Of a stretch of 64,000 bases of DNA, positions 36,458 to 48,233 are shown in pieces. Source of the stretch: Acidobacteriota bacterium (GTDB taxonomy: Bacteria > Acidobacteriota > UBA890 > WLXD01); assembly GCA_963666055.2 (NCBI GenBank), contig CAXWPH010000015.1:1216001-1280000 (forward strand). Reading direction: 5' to 3'. Position 1 is the stretch's first letter, and each line of letters begins with the position of its first letter. Position numbers and translations under genes: made by a program. The notes beneath the pieces are model-generated. The model worked only from the letters and a program-made list of their open reading frames with translations, had not been told where the DNA came from and did no database searches.

Positions 36458-38463
36458 TGATCCGGTTGGGCTAGTCCGGTAGGTAGCGCCACGGCGGCGA
36501 GCGAACCGGAGTGGGCCGGCCCGCCTATGGGCAGCACGATGTACTGCCTGCCCTCGTGCATGTAAGTCATCGGCGCGCTGTTGCTCTGCGCCGGGATATC
36601 CACCGTGCCGAGTCGCTCGCCGGTGAGCTTGTCGACCGCGTGCAACAGTGGAGCGCCGCGGCGGCCCTCGGCGTAGATGAGCAGTGTCTTGGTAATCACC
36701 TTGGTGGCGTGCGACGGCTTGCCGGTGTTGGGGATATCGAGGCCTTGCAGTGCCGGGTGATGGATAATCGACTCGGGTGTGTCGCCGTTGGGGATCCACC
36801 ACAGATGCTCGCCGGTGTTCAGATCGATCGCCGTGATACGACCGTAGGGCGGCTTGAGGTAGGGCAGTCCCTGGACCCGGCCAGGCCCGACGCTCGGTCC
36901 GCTCGCCCACGCCATGACTGTCTTGCCGATCGGGTTGGGATCGTTGGCATCTGCCTCGATGCCGGGGATCAGCGATTGCCCGGAGCAGGTCTTGGTAGAC
37001 GCGACGTAGAGGATCTGGGTCTGCGGGTCGACCGCTGCTCCTCCGGGGATGTTGGTGCCGCCGCCCCCACCGGGGCAGATCAATGAGGTCTTGAAGCCCA
37101 GGTTGTTGTCGCGGTGTAGCGGTGGGTTGAAGAGCGGGCCGAGCTGGAATTCGCTGAGCATCTCTACCGCCGCCTGCCGGAGCTCTGGCGTGAAGTCGAT
37201 CAGGTCGTCCTCGGTGACGCCCTGCATCTCGTACGCTGCCGGCCTCGTCGGGAACGGTTGCGTCGGCGATGTTTGCTCCCCGGGGATCTTCGACGACGGA
37301 ACCGGGCGCTCCTCGATCGGCCATACCGGCTCGCCGGTCTCACGGTTGAGCACGTAGGCGAAGCTCTGCTTGGTCGTCTGTACCAACGCCGGGATCTTCT
37401 TGCCGTCGACGGTGATGTCGACGAGGTTCGGCGCGGTGGGGTTGTCGTAGTTCCAGATGTCGTGATGCACGGTCTGGAAGTGCCAGCGGCGCTCACCCGT
37501 CTTGATGTCGACGGCGATGATGGAGGTGGCGAAGAGGTTGTCGCCGGGAGAGAAGCCGCCCCAGTAGTCGTTAGTCGGCGGATCGGTGACGAAGTAGACC
37601 AGCCCGAGCTCCGGGTCAGCGGCCATCGGTGCCCATGCCGAGACGTTGCCGGTGTACGACCAGGCATCGCTTTCCCAGGTGTCGTGGCCGAACTCGCCGG
37701 GCTGCGGGATAACGTTGAACTTCCACAGGTGATCGCCAGAACGCGCGTCGTACGCCAGCACGTGCCCGGGCACGTTCTCGCGTCGGGTCTGCCGGTAACC
37801 CTGCTCGTGCGAGTTGCCCACCACCACCACGTCGTTGACCACCATCGGCGGCGAGGAGTTGGTGATGTAGCCGGTTTCCGTGGGAAGCCCCTCGTAGGCG
37901 TCGTACTCGTAGCCGAGGTCGGCCAGCAGATCTACGGTGCCCTCGTTGCCGAACTGCTCGATTGGCTTTCCGGTGACGGCGTCGAGCGCGTGCAGGAAGA
38001 AGCCCGGCGAGATCATGTAGATCACACCGCGGCGGTCGATGTTGGCGTACCCGACGCCCTTGCCATAGTTCTTCCGCATCGAGTCTTCCCAGCGCGGCGT
38101 GTAGGGCTCGCGGTAGGTCCACAACGTCTCGCCGGTGGCCGGATCGATAGCGACGACCGTGCGCCGCTGACCGGCGACGGTGTACAGCACCCCGTTCGCG
38201 TAGGTCGGCGTGGAGCGCATGATGTTGTCCACCGAGGGGCCGTAGTTGTCGCCCCGCCACACCCAGGCGACCTCGAGATCCTCGAAGTTGTCGGCGTTGA
38301 TCTGGTCGAGCGGCGAGTAGCGTGTGCTGAAGGTATCGCCGCCCCAGTGGCGCCATTCGCCGTTCTCGGTACCAGTGCTCGATCCGCCGTTCTGACCGAC
38401 CGCAGGCATCGACATCAAGCACAGGGTGAGCGCAATCGCGGCGCCCATCGCAGGTTTCGTCAT
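36454..38463 (-). CDS. Exported PQQ-dependent dehydrogenase (glucose/quinate DH-like, no multi-TM anchor)
   Basis: RYSPLDQIN, WAPMAADPELG, WHFQTVHHDIWNYD, PPYGRITAIDL and PMTYMHEGRQY; AGGAGG RBS. Confidence 0.9.
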   Translation of the reverse strand: MTKPAMGAAIALTLCLMSMPAVGQNGGSSTGTENGEWRHWGGDTFSTRYSPLDQINADNFEDLEVAWVWRGDNYGPSVDNIMRSTPTYANGVLYTVAGQRRTVVAIDPATGETLWTYREPYTPRWEDSMRKNYGKGVGYANIDRRGVIYMISPGFFLHALDAVTGKPIEQFGNEGTVDLLADLGYEYDAYEGLPTETGYITNSSPPMVVNDVVVVGNSHEQGYRQTRRENVPGHVLAYDARSGDHLWKFNVIPQPGEFGHDTWESDAWSYTGNVSAWAPMAADPELGLVYFVTDPPTNDYWGGFSPGDNLFATSIIAVDIKTGERRWHFQTVHHDIWNYDNPTAPNLVDITVDGKKIPALVQTTKQSFAYVLNRETGEPVWPIEERPVPSSKIPGEQTSPTQPFPTRPAAYEMQGVTEDDLIDFTPELRQAAVEMLSEFQLGPLFNPPLHRDNNLGFKTSLICPGGGGGTNIPGGAAVDPQTQILYVASTKTCSGQSLIPGIEADANDPNPIGKTVMAWASGPSVGPGRVQGLPYLKPPYGRITAIDLNTGEHLWWIPNGDTPESIIHHPALQGLDIPNTGKPSHATKVITKTLLIYAEGRRGAPLLHAVDKLTGERLGTVDIPAQSNSAPMTYMHEGRQYIVLPIGGPAHSGSLAAVALPTGLAQPDH

Positions 38464-39344
38464 CGCATTCCACCTCCTGAAACGGACACCGGCACGTACC
38501 CATTCGTCCAGCAACATTGATCACCTGAACTGCTGTCGTTGGCAGCCCAGTTGTCCACCCGGACGCGAAGCACATAGTCGCCGGCTTCGCTGAACGTCGC
38601 GGTTGTAATCGCTTCGCCTATGCCCTCCTCCAACACGATCTCGCGATCCTCGAACACCACCGCGCCGGGGGGGCCTTGATGTTTGAACCAGGTCAGCTTC
38701 ACCGCGACACCATCCCTGTTCGCGGTGTCGTGGTCAAACCGTTCCGAGATCTCGCTAGCCCATACCGTCAGCGCTAGCGGGCTTCCCACCGTCGCGACCC
38801 GTGGCTGGTTCAGCCTGACACCCGTAGGGTGCTGGCCCTCCATCCCGTTGGGCTCAAGCCTCAATAGAGGTGGTACGGACCCCATACCCCGCGGTCCGTA
38901 GTCGAGCTGAAGGGCGTCGATTCCCACCCTTGCCGGCACCGAATAGGTCACGCCGTTGGCACGGATGGTCCACACAACTCGCCGCTCTCCATCTCCATAC
39001 GACGCTGGCACCGTCACCGTGAAAACACCCCTGTCTCGGCGTGGATCGACCGGGAAGTGCGTCGGCTGCTCACCATTGAACACGGCTGGTTCGACGAAGT
39101 TATCCGGCCCGATGGGAATCTCGAGTATCTCCTCCAAATTCAAGTTGAAGTACCCGAACGAGAACGTGTAGGTGCCGTCTGAGTTCGCGTACCAGCCTTC
39201 AAAGAACGGAGCTACCGGTTCGCCTGCTGGTGGTCGCGGCGCCAGCGGAAGCCGCTGCACCTGCTGTGCCCCGACAGGTGCCGAGCTCATGATGGCGGCG
39301 ATCAGCGCCAAGCAAGGACTGACCCGGAGCAGGCGGCCCTTCAT
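38460..39344 (-). CDS. Exported protein with a C-terminal PKD/Ig-like domain and a CC motif
   Basis: Signal peptide, PFFEGWYAN..FGYFNLN, TATFSEAGDYVLR and DQCCWTN; ATGA overlaps on both sides. Confidence 0.8.
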   Translation of the reverse strand: MKGRLLRVSPCLALIAAIMSSAPVGAQQVQRLPLAPRPPAGEPVAPFFEGWYANSDGTYTFSFGYFNLNLEEILEIPIGPDNFVEPAVFNGEQPTHFPVDPRRDRGVFTVTVPASYGDGERRVVWTIRANGVTYSVPARVGIDALQLDYGPRGMGSVPPLLRLEPNGMEGQHPTGVRLNQPRVATVGSPLALTVWASEISERFDHDTANRDGVAVKLTWFKHQGPPGAVVFEDREIVLEEGIGEAITTATFSEAGDYVLRVRVDNWAANDSSSGDQCCWTNGYVPVSVSGGGMR

Positions 39345-40696
39345 CTCTGAGCTGCCACCTCTGCGTTTGCTTTCCTGTTGGCAACCTGTTGCTCGTAGCC
39401 CGCCTCGTCCAAGTGGGTTACCGCAAGCCAGGCGTGCGACATCTCGTCCATCGTACGGGCGCCTCGCGCATACCAGATTTCTGGATCGGGATTCAGCGGG
39501 TTGTTCTCCGTGTTGTCGTACCACGCGGTGATAACCAAGACGGTACCCGTGGGCAACAGCGGAGCCGCGTCGTCCTCATAGATATAACTGTGGTGCCATC
39601 TGGCGTTGAAGTTGGTCACCATGCTCAAGAGTTCCTGCGAGCCATCCGGATAGATCGCCCGCATGGATTTCGCATGAAGATGCACATGCCCGTGGGGCTG
39701 GAAGCTGTCGATGCGGACCGGATGATCCCAACGGTGGAAGCCCTGGGTCATCGCGGTTCCACCGGGTGCCAGGGCAATATCACCGTCCAGACGGTACATC
39801 GCCAGGTCTTGTGTGAACTCCGGCTCGTAGTCCTCGGGATATAACCAGAGGCCAAGCTCGATCTGATCGTCCTCGACGACATAGCCCATCGGGTAGTAAT
39901 GCACGTCCCATTCGATTAGCGCGTTCACCGGCAGCAAACGGGCTGCGTCTGACGGGATGATCTCGCCGATCTTGCCCATGGCATATTCCGAGAGCATCGC
40001 CGTCCGGACCCATTCACCATCCTCGTCCTGGGTCATTAATCTAGGGATGGCGTGGTGCACGACTTGACGGCCGGCGGGGAAGGAAGGCCGTATTTCGAAG
40101 GCCCGAATCAGCCTGTCCGCGTTGAGCCCCGTCTCCACTCTCGGACGCCACCAGATGTCGCCTCCCTCGGCCGGCACCGTATAGGGTCTCGACTCGATGA
40201 CGTGATCCGGCTCGCCCAGCTGGTCTTCGAGCTGCCACTTGTTGCCCTCCGGCCATTCCACCGGGGGCGGCATATCCGCCACGTCCCCCCTCGGCGTGCC
40301 GCTATCCACCCATGCGACGATGGTCTGGATCTGTTGCTCACTCAGCCTCCAGTCGTTCTTGATTGCCTGGATCCCGACACGTGTATCGAGGTGATACGGA
40401 GGCATTTCCCTGGCGGCCACCTGATCCTTGATCCGTGTTGCATAGCGTTTAGCCTGAGCATAGGTAAGAAGAGACATCGGCCCGACTGAGCCCGGCCGAT
40501 GGCAGATCTGACAGTTCTCCTGCAGAATCGGCGCCACGTCCCGAGTAAACGAGACAGCGTTTCCCTCGCCCGACACTGACTCATCGGACTGCTGCATCGA
40601 GAAAGCGTCGCCGCGGAAAGTCAGTAGGAAGAGGAGCGCTAACAGACAGGTCCCCAATAGCCCTGGATGCCTTGCGCGTGCCGATTTGTTGCCCAT
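39341..40696 (-). CDS. Exported heme-c / copper type II (PHM/DBH-like) monooxygenase
   Basis: CQICH plus MPP (heme c); VVHHA and DVHY (CuH site); PHGH and DEM (CuM site). Confidence 0.85.
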   Translation of the reverse strand: MGNKSARARHPGLLGTCLLALLFLLTFRGDAFSMQQSDESVSGEGNAVSFTRDVAPILQENCQICHRPGSVGPMSLLTYAQAKRYATRIKDQVAAREMPPYHLDTRVGIQAIKNDWRLSEQQIQTIVAWVDSGTPRGDVADMPPPVEWPEGNKWQLEDQLGEPDHVIESRPYTVPAEGGDIWWRPRVETGLNADRLIRAFEIRPSFPAGRQVVHHAIPRLMTQDEDGEWVRTAMLSEYAMGKIGEIIPSDAARLLPVNALIEWDVHYYPMGYVVEDDQIELGLWLYPEDYEPEFTQDLAMYRLDGDIALAPGGTAMTQGFHRWDHPVRIDSFQPHGHVHLHAKSMRAIYPDGSQELLSMVTNFNARWHHSYIYEDDAAPLLPTGTVLVITAWYDNTENNPLNPDPEIWYARGARTMDEMSHAWLAVTHLDEAGYEQQVANRKANAEVAAQR

Positions 40697-40872
40697 GATG
40701 CGCCCTCCTGACAGAAAAGACTGGCGTCGCATTTTGGCCGCCCACGTGAAGCAGGCTAGATGTCGATCATCGCGACCGTCAAGGGACGTTGTAAAATCGC
40801 CGGGGTCGTGATACCGCTCGTTGTGGCAAATGGAAGGAACTGCAGTTTCAGGCTCGACGGATGGAGGGTGGC

Positions 40873-42420
40873 ATGAGCAAGCGAGACACGGGCGAAACAA
40901 ACGGTGCGGAGACCAAACTGAGTCGCCGGACCTTCGCAAAGACCTCGGTCGCCGCGGGTACCGCGGCTGTTGCCCTGCCTAACACGTTGCTCAGCGCGAC
41001 CCCGGCCAAGACCGCCGCGACGAAGGCAACCTACGGTCGCGCCGTCCGTGTCGAGATGCGGGACGAAGGCTTTGGATACGGCGGTAGGGGTGCGCCTCCC
41101 TTGACCGCCCCGGTCCCCCGCACCGCCAGCGTCAACGGCTGGAAAGAGGGCACCACGATTCCCGCCGAGTACTACTTGGACGCAAAGCACTTCGCCGCCG
41201 ACGAGGCGTTCGTGGCGGAGAACTTCTGGCAGTACACCGATCAGGCGAGCCGTATTCCGAATCCCGGCGATTTCTACGTGTTCGAGTTCGGGCGCTCCGA
41301 ATCTATTCTGATCGTCCGCGGACAGGACAACGAGATAAGAGGCTTCTACAACGTCTGCCGCCACCGTGGCTCGCGACTGTGCCGCCACGACGCGGATGCC
41401 AAACCGAGCGACCCGCGCCTGTCGGTCAAGCAACTTGGTCAGAGCGGTAGCTCACCGGTGTTCCGCTGCCCATACCACGCCTGGACGTACGACACCGAGG
41501 GCAGCCTCATCTACGCCTACGGCATGCAGGACGATTTCGACCCGGCGGACAACGGCCTGATTCCCTGCCACTTGCGGGTCGCCGAAGGCCAGGTTTTCGT
41601 CAATCTCTCGAAGTCGGACACGCCGCCGGACTTCGAGTCGGTTGCGAGCCGACTTGGTGCTCTGGCCGACAAGTGGAGCCTGAAGGATCTGAAGGTCGTG
41701 GCCCGTGAGTACTACCCGATCAACGCCAACTGGAAGCTGGCGCTGGAGAACTTCAAGGAGTGCTACCACTGCGGGGCAGCGCATCGACCGCTGGTAACGA
41801 CCCACAACTGGGACAACGACGTCACCGACGAGCAGAGGGCCGAAAGGGCCGCTGCGGTTGCCGCGTGGGTTCCAGAGAAGAACCGGCGGCGGCGGCAGCA
41901 GCCCGCATCAACCGGCATGGGTGGCGAAGGCATGGACGGCGAAGGCATGGACGGCGAAGGCATGGACGACACTCCCGCCTACGGGAGCATGGGCGGGTTG
42001 CTCAATCCCGGCTTCGTCACCGGGTCGATCGATGGCAAGCCCGTGTCGATACTGTTGCCCAACATCACGGAGTGGAACCATGAGACCGGCGGCACCACGA
42101 CATTCGAGTCGACGGGCTACTGGCAAACCTACGACGATCACGTTGCGGTAGCACGGTTCACGCCGCGATCGGAGAAGTTCACCGATTGCGAGATCGTCTG
42201 GTTAGTGCATCCCGATGCCGTCGAGGGTCGCGACTACGATCCCGACAACGTGAAGGCGCTGTGGCACGTCACCATCCAGGAGGACATCTGGATCACCGAC
42301 AACAATCACGCGGGCATCGAGTCTAGCGCCTACGCCGCTGGGCGCTACTCCACCCACGAGGGCGGCCCCTCCCGCTTCATCGACTGGTACATGAAGGAGG
42401 TCGTCAAGGTCGGGGACTAA
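40873..42420 (+). CDS. Rieske non-heme iron oxygenase alpha subunit (GbcA/Stc2-like) with a twin-arginine leader
   Basis: LSRRTFAK plus an Ala-rich h-region; NVCRHRG, CPYHAW, ENFKECYHCGAAH and TIQED. Confidence 0.9.
   Translation: MSKRDTGETNGAETKLSRRTFAKTSVAAGTAAVALPNTLLSATPAKTAATKATYGRAVRVEMRDEGFGYGGRGAPPLTAPVPRTASVNGWKEGTTIPAEYYLDAKHFAADEAFVAENFWQYTDQASRIPNPGDFYVFEFGRSESILIVRGQDNEIRGFYNVCRHRGSRLCRHDADAKPSDPRLSVKQLGQSGSSPVFRCPYHAWTYDTEGSLIYAYGMQDDFDPADNGLIPCHLRVAEGQVFVNLSKSDTPPDFESVASRLGALADKWSLKDLKVVAREYYPINANWKLALENFKECYHCGAAHRPLVTTHNWDNDVTDEQRAERAAAVAAWVPEKNRRRRQQPASTGMGGEGMDGEGMDGEGMDDTPAYGSMGGLLNPGFVTGSIDGKPVSILLPNITEWNHETGGTTTFESTGYWQTYDDHVAVARFTPRSEKFTDCEIVWLVHPDAVEGRDYDPDNVKALWHVTIQEDIWITDNNHAGIESSAYAAGRYSTHEGGPSRFIDWYMKEVVKVGD
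41923..41967 (+). repeat. 15-bp in-frame tandem repeat x3 (GEGMD)
   Basis: GGCGAAGGCATGGAC, three exact copies. Confidence 0.95.
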
Positions 42421-42472
42421 GGCGCGCCGAGCCCCCCTGGGTACGACTTAGAGCTCGAGACGGAGGAGTGTC

Positions 42473-43714
42473 GTGAGGCCAATCACGCGGGCGATCGCGA
42501 TTCTGCTGGTGCTGGCGTTGTCGGTTGCCTGTACGCCACAGCCGGCCTCCGAGCCCGCCGAAGCCACTGCGGAGCCGGGCTCCGACCAAGCCGAGCCAGC
42601 GGAAGGCGAGGAGCAGGGCGAGCCGGAAGTGGATCCTGAGCTGGCCATCATTCGGCTGGACCCGAACGACGAGAACCTCGAGGTGTGGAGAGATCGAGAC
42701 ATCTCGGACGATCCACCACGAGAGCCCGGACCGGTTGGAATCGGGGCGGCCCTGAGCTTCTTCCGGCTGCCCATCGCGGTGACCGTCGAGGACCTGATCG
42801 CTGGCGAAGTGGAGGTGGCGTTTATCGGAGCCCCGGTCGACATGGGGGTCGGCTATCGAGGCGCTGGCGAGGGACCCACCGCGATGCGCGCGCTCCGGCG
42901 CGGCGTCGGCAGCATGGAGACGATGATCAGCTGGAAGGAGGAGCTGAAGGCCGTGGACTACGGCAACGCGCCCATCGACAATCTGAGCGTCGAGCGCAGC
43001 ATGCCACCGATTCGGCGGATGGTTCGGGAGATCGCCGAGACGGGGGCGATTCCCATCATCATCGGCGGCGATCACTCCATCGAGTTCGCCAACGTTGCCG
43101 GGCTCGCCGACGTGTACGGCAAGGAGAACGTCGGCGTCATCCACTTCGATGCTCACTACGACGCCGGCGGCACGCGCAGCGGCCACCTGATCTCCCATGC
43201 CCAGCCGGTACGTCGGCTCGTCGACGACGGACACGTCCTCGGCCGGAACTTCATCCAGGTGGGCCTTCGGGGCGCCTGGCCGGGGGAGGCCGGATTCGAG
43301 TGGATGCGGGCCAACAACCTTCGCTACCACACGATGGCGGAGATCAATCGCGATGGTTGGGGGGCCGTCATGGAACGGGTTCTCGACGAGGCGAACGACG
43401 GGCCGGAGTACCTCCACATCTCCTTTGACATCGACGTCATGGACCCGGCGTACACCGAGGGAACAGGTACGCCGGTGCCGGGCGGCCTGATGCCCCGCGA
43501 GGTGTTCCCCCTCATCCGCGGCCTCTGCGCCGAGAACAACGTCGTTGGATTCGACCTGGTCGAGTTGAACCCTCTCCTCGACCCCGGCTACACGACCGTG
43601 CTCAACTCCAAACAAGTTGTCGACGAGTGCCTGACCGGGATTGCGATGAAGAAGCTAGGGCTCAGCGGCAGGGACTACCTGAGCCCGCTCACGGCGACCG
43701 ACGGCCGGCGGTAG
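42473..43714 (+). CDS. Lipoprotein ureohydrolase (agmatinase family)
   Basis: Lipobox LSVAC; GGDHS, HFDAHYD, HLISH and SFDIDVMDP..GTGTP. Confidence 0.9.
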   Translation: MRPITRAIAILLVLALSVACTPQPASEPAEATAEPGSDQAEPAEGEEQGEPEVDPELAIIRLDPNDENLEVWRDRDISDDPPREPGPVGIGAALSFFRLPIAVTVEDLIAGEVEVAFIGAPVDMGVGYRGAGEGPTAMRALRRGVGSMETMISWKEELKAVDYGNAPIDNLSVERSMPPIRRMVREIAETGAIPIIIGGDHSIEFANVAGLADVYGKENVGVIHFDAHYDAGGTRSGHLISHAQPVRRLVDDGHVLGRNFIQVGLRGAWPGEAGFEWMRANNLRYHTMAEINRDGWGAVMERVLDEANDGPEYLHISFDIDVMDPAYTEGTGTPVPGGLMPREVFPLIRGLCAENNVVGFDLVELNPLLDPGYTTVLNSKQVVDECLTGIAMKKLGLSGRDYLSPLTATDGRR

Positions 43715-43794
43715 CAGGCCGAGTCGCGGGCCCGTCGCGAATGAGTGAGACGAGGTCGGAACCCTCGTCAGTTACTGACCCAGTGAGGCTCCAA

Positions 43795-45534
43795 ATGCAC
43801 CCGCAACGTGCCCTCATTTTTTCACTGACTCTGCTCACGACCCTCGTCTCTGTCGCCTGCAGCGATCCCGCCGATGAGACGACCCCCGCCACTCACGCGG
43901 ATTTGGTTGTCGTCAATGCCGACGTTCGTACCGTTGACCCAGCCATTCTTGCGGCAGAAGCGTTTGCCGTCGGAGATGGCCGGATTATCGCTATTGGCTC
44001 GACCGTCGAGATCGCTGCGCTCGCTGGCGACACAACCACGGTCGTCGACGCGGCTGGCTCAACGGTAATACCGGGTCTTGTCGACGGACATACTCACCTT
44101 GTTGGCGGCGCCGGGCTGGCCGTCGGTGTTGATCTGTCCGAAATAGAAGACAAGAGCGAATGGCTGCGCATCATTCGGGACAAAGCCCAAACTCTGCCCG
44201 ATGGCGCGTGGATCCTGGGCGGCGCCTGGGACCACAATCTCTCCGACGGTGTGTTGCCGACAAAGGAGATGCTCGACTCCGTCGCCCCCGACAACCCGGT
44301 GCTTCTCTGGGACATTGATCATCATTCGAGCTGGGCCAATAGCCTCGCCATAGAACTCGCCGGCGTGACGGCCGACAGCCCCGTGCCGACGGGCGGTCAA
44401 ATACTGGTCGACTCGACCACCGGTGAGCCCACCGGAGTGTTTCTCGAAACTGCAGCGGCGCTGTTCGACGATGCACCGGGCCTACAGGAAGCAGCGGACC
44501 CCGAAGCCGGAATCAGGGCGGCTGTGGCGCTTGCGAACAGCTATGGGATTACTAGCGTGCACGACATGAGCGGCAACCATGACGCGTTCCTGTCGGTCAT
44601 GAAGGATGGGGCTCTGACGGTACGAATCTGGCAGGGAGCGTTCTCAAACAATGCGAGCGCCGAGTCAGCCGTACAGTTTTTCCGCGATCTAGACGTCGAG
44701 AGAAGCCGGCTGCGGGAGACGATCGCGGAGTTCACTGGAACGAAGACAACCGGGCCGCTATTCGAGCTCGGCTATGTGAAACTGATGATCGATGGTGTTC
44801 TTTCTACGCACACCGCGTTGATGAAAGAACCGTACGCCGACAACCCGGAGGCGCAGGTCGAGCCATTCGTCAGTCGCCAGGATCTGGACACTATGGTGGC
44901 AGCGGCACACGACGCTGGCTTTCCGGTAGCAGTGCACGCCATAGGTGATGAGGGGGTGTCCTGGGTGCTGGATTCGTTCGCCGCGTCGCCGAGGCCGCCC
45001 GGTGTGCCGATAGATCGCGTCGAACACATAGAGGTCGTCACTCCTGATGATGTGCAGCGATTCAGCTCACTCGGTATAGCGGCCTCCATGCAGCCGCATC
45101 ACGCCACCTGCTGCGTCGGTAGCTACGTGGTCGATCGCATCGGCCCAGATCGCCTGCCGAATGCATATGTGTGGCGGCAAATGCTGGACAACAACATTCC
45201 CCTGGTGCTTGGGTCCGACTGGCCGACTTCTCCATTGAGTCCGCTGATCCAGATCGCCGATACGCTACACCGTGAAACCCAGATCGATGGTGCCGTTCGA
45301 CCGTGGGATGAGGGCAATAGGCTGACGTTTGAGGAAGCGCTGCACGGTTACACCCAAGCCGGCGCGAACATGACGGCCTGGGGCGATGAAATCGGCAGCA
45401 TTACCGTTGGCAAGTGGGCCGATTTCGTCATTCTCGATGAGTTGCTATCCGCTGAGGCCGACCGCAGCATCGAGAATCGCCGGGTGACGGCAACCTACCT
45501 CGCCGGCCGGCAGGTCTATCCGAGAGACCCATAG
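43795..45534 (+). CDS. Lipoprotein amidohydrolase 3 (YtcJ/NfdA-like)
   Basis: Lipobox VSVAC; DGHTH, KLMIDG, HAIGD, RVEHIE and GSDWP. Confidence 0.88.
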   Translation: MHPQRALIFSLTLLTTLVSVACSDPADETTPATHADLVVVNADVRTVDPAILAAEAFAVGDGRIIAIGSTVEIAALAGDTTTVVDAAGSTVIPGLVDGHTHLVGGAGLAVGVDLSEIEDKSEWLRIIRDKAQTLPDGAWILGGAWDHNLSDGVLPTKEMLDSVAPDNPVLLWDIDHHSSWANSLAIELAGVTADSPVPTGGQILVDSTTGEPTGVFLETAAALFDDAPGLQEAADPEAGIRAAVALANSYGITSVHDMSGNHDAFLSVMKDGALTVRIWQGAFSNNASAESAVQFFRDLDVERSRLRETIAEFTGTKTTGPLFELGYVKLMIDGVLSTHTALMKEPYADNPEAQVEPFVSRQDLDTMVAAAHDAGFPVAVHAIGDEGVSWVLDSFAASPRPPGVPIDRVEHIEVVTPDDVQRFSSLGIAASMQPHHATCCVGSYVVDRIGPDRLPNAYVWRQMLDNNIPLVLGSDWPTSPLSPLIQIADTLHRETQIDGAVRPWDEGNRLTFEEALHGYTQAGANMTAWGDEIGSITVGKWADFVILDELLSAEADRSIENRRVTATYLAGRQVYPRDP

Positions 45535-45551
45535 CATCAGTACGAACGGGG

Positions 45552-45715
45552 CTAGAGGCCGTGGTGAAAGTGTGGTGGGTCTGGCGACAGGGTCTTGCGA
45601 AGTGCAGGCAAGGAGAGAGGAGGAGGCGATGGATACCCCATCGTTGACGAGGAACGACGCAGGATACGCGCGCCACCCCCTGTCGCCCCACCACACTTTC
45701 ACCACGGCCTGCTAG
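45552..45715. mobile_element. 164-bp single-arm MITE, copy 3
   Basis: Same IR as copy 2 with CTAG ends. The interior is the reverse complement of arm B of copy 2; arm A is deleted. Confidence 0.88.
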
Positions 45716-45914
45716 GCCCACCCCGGCGTAGGAATCGCGCCCGTCGTTTGACATGGCCCCGCAGCGTCGAAGGCACTGGTGTCAACGCGTCGATGAGGGG
45801 ACTGAATGATAGTTTTTGACACAGTCCAGAATTGGGCAGATGCTGAGGTCATGACCGACAAGGGGCCGCTGTTCCGAGTGTATCGAAGAACCCCCGGTTC
45901 CGGCCGGGGGCTGA

Positions 45915-48233
<2,319 letters not shown>

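Noticed and set aside
41923-41967. Short repeats as a CRISPR array (also the repeats at 52630-53920)
   Set aside because: They are in-frame coding repeats without a repeat-spacer structure, and no cas genes are present.
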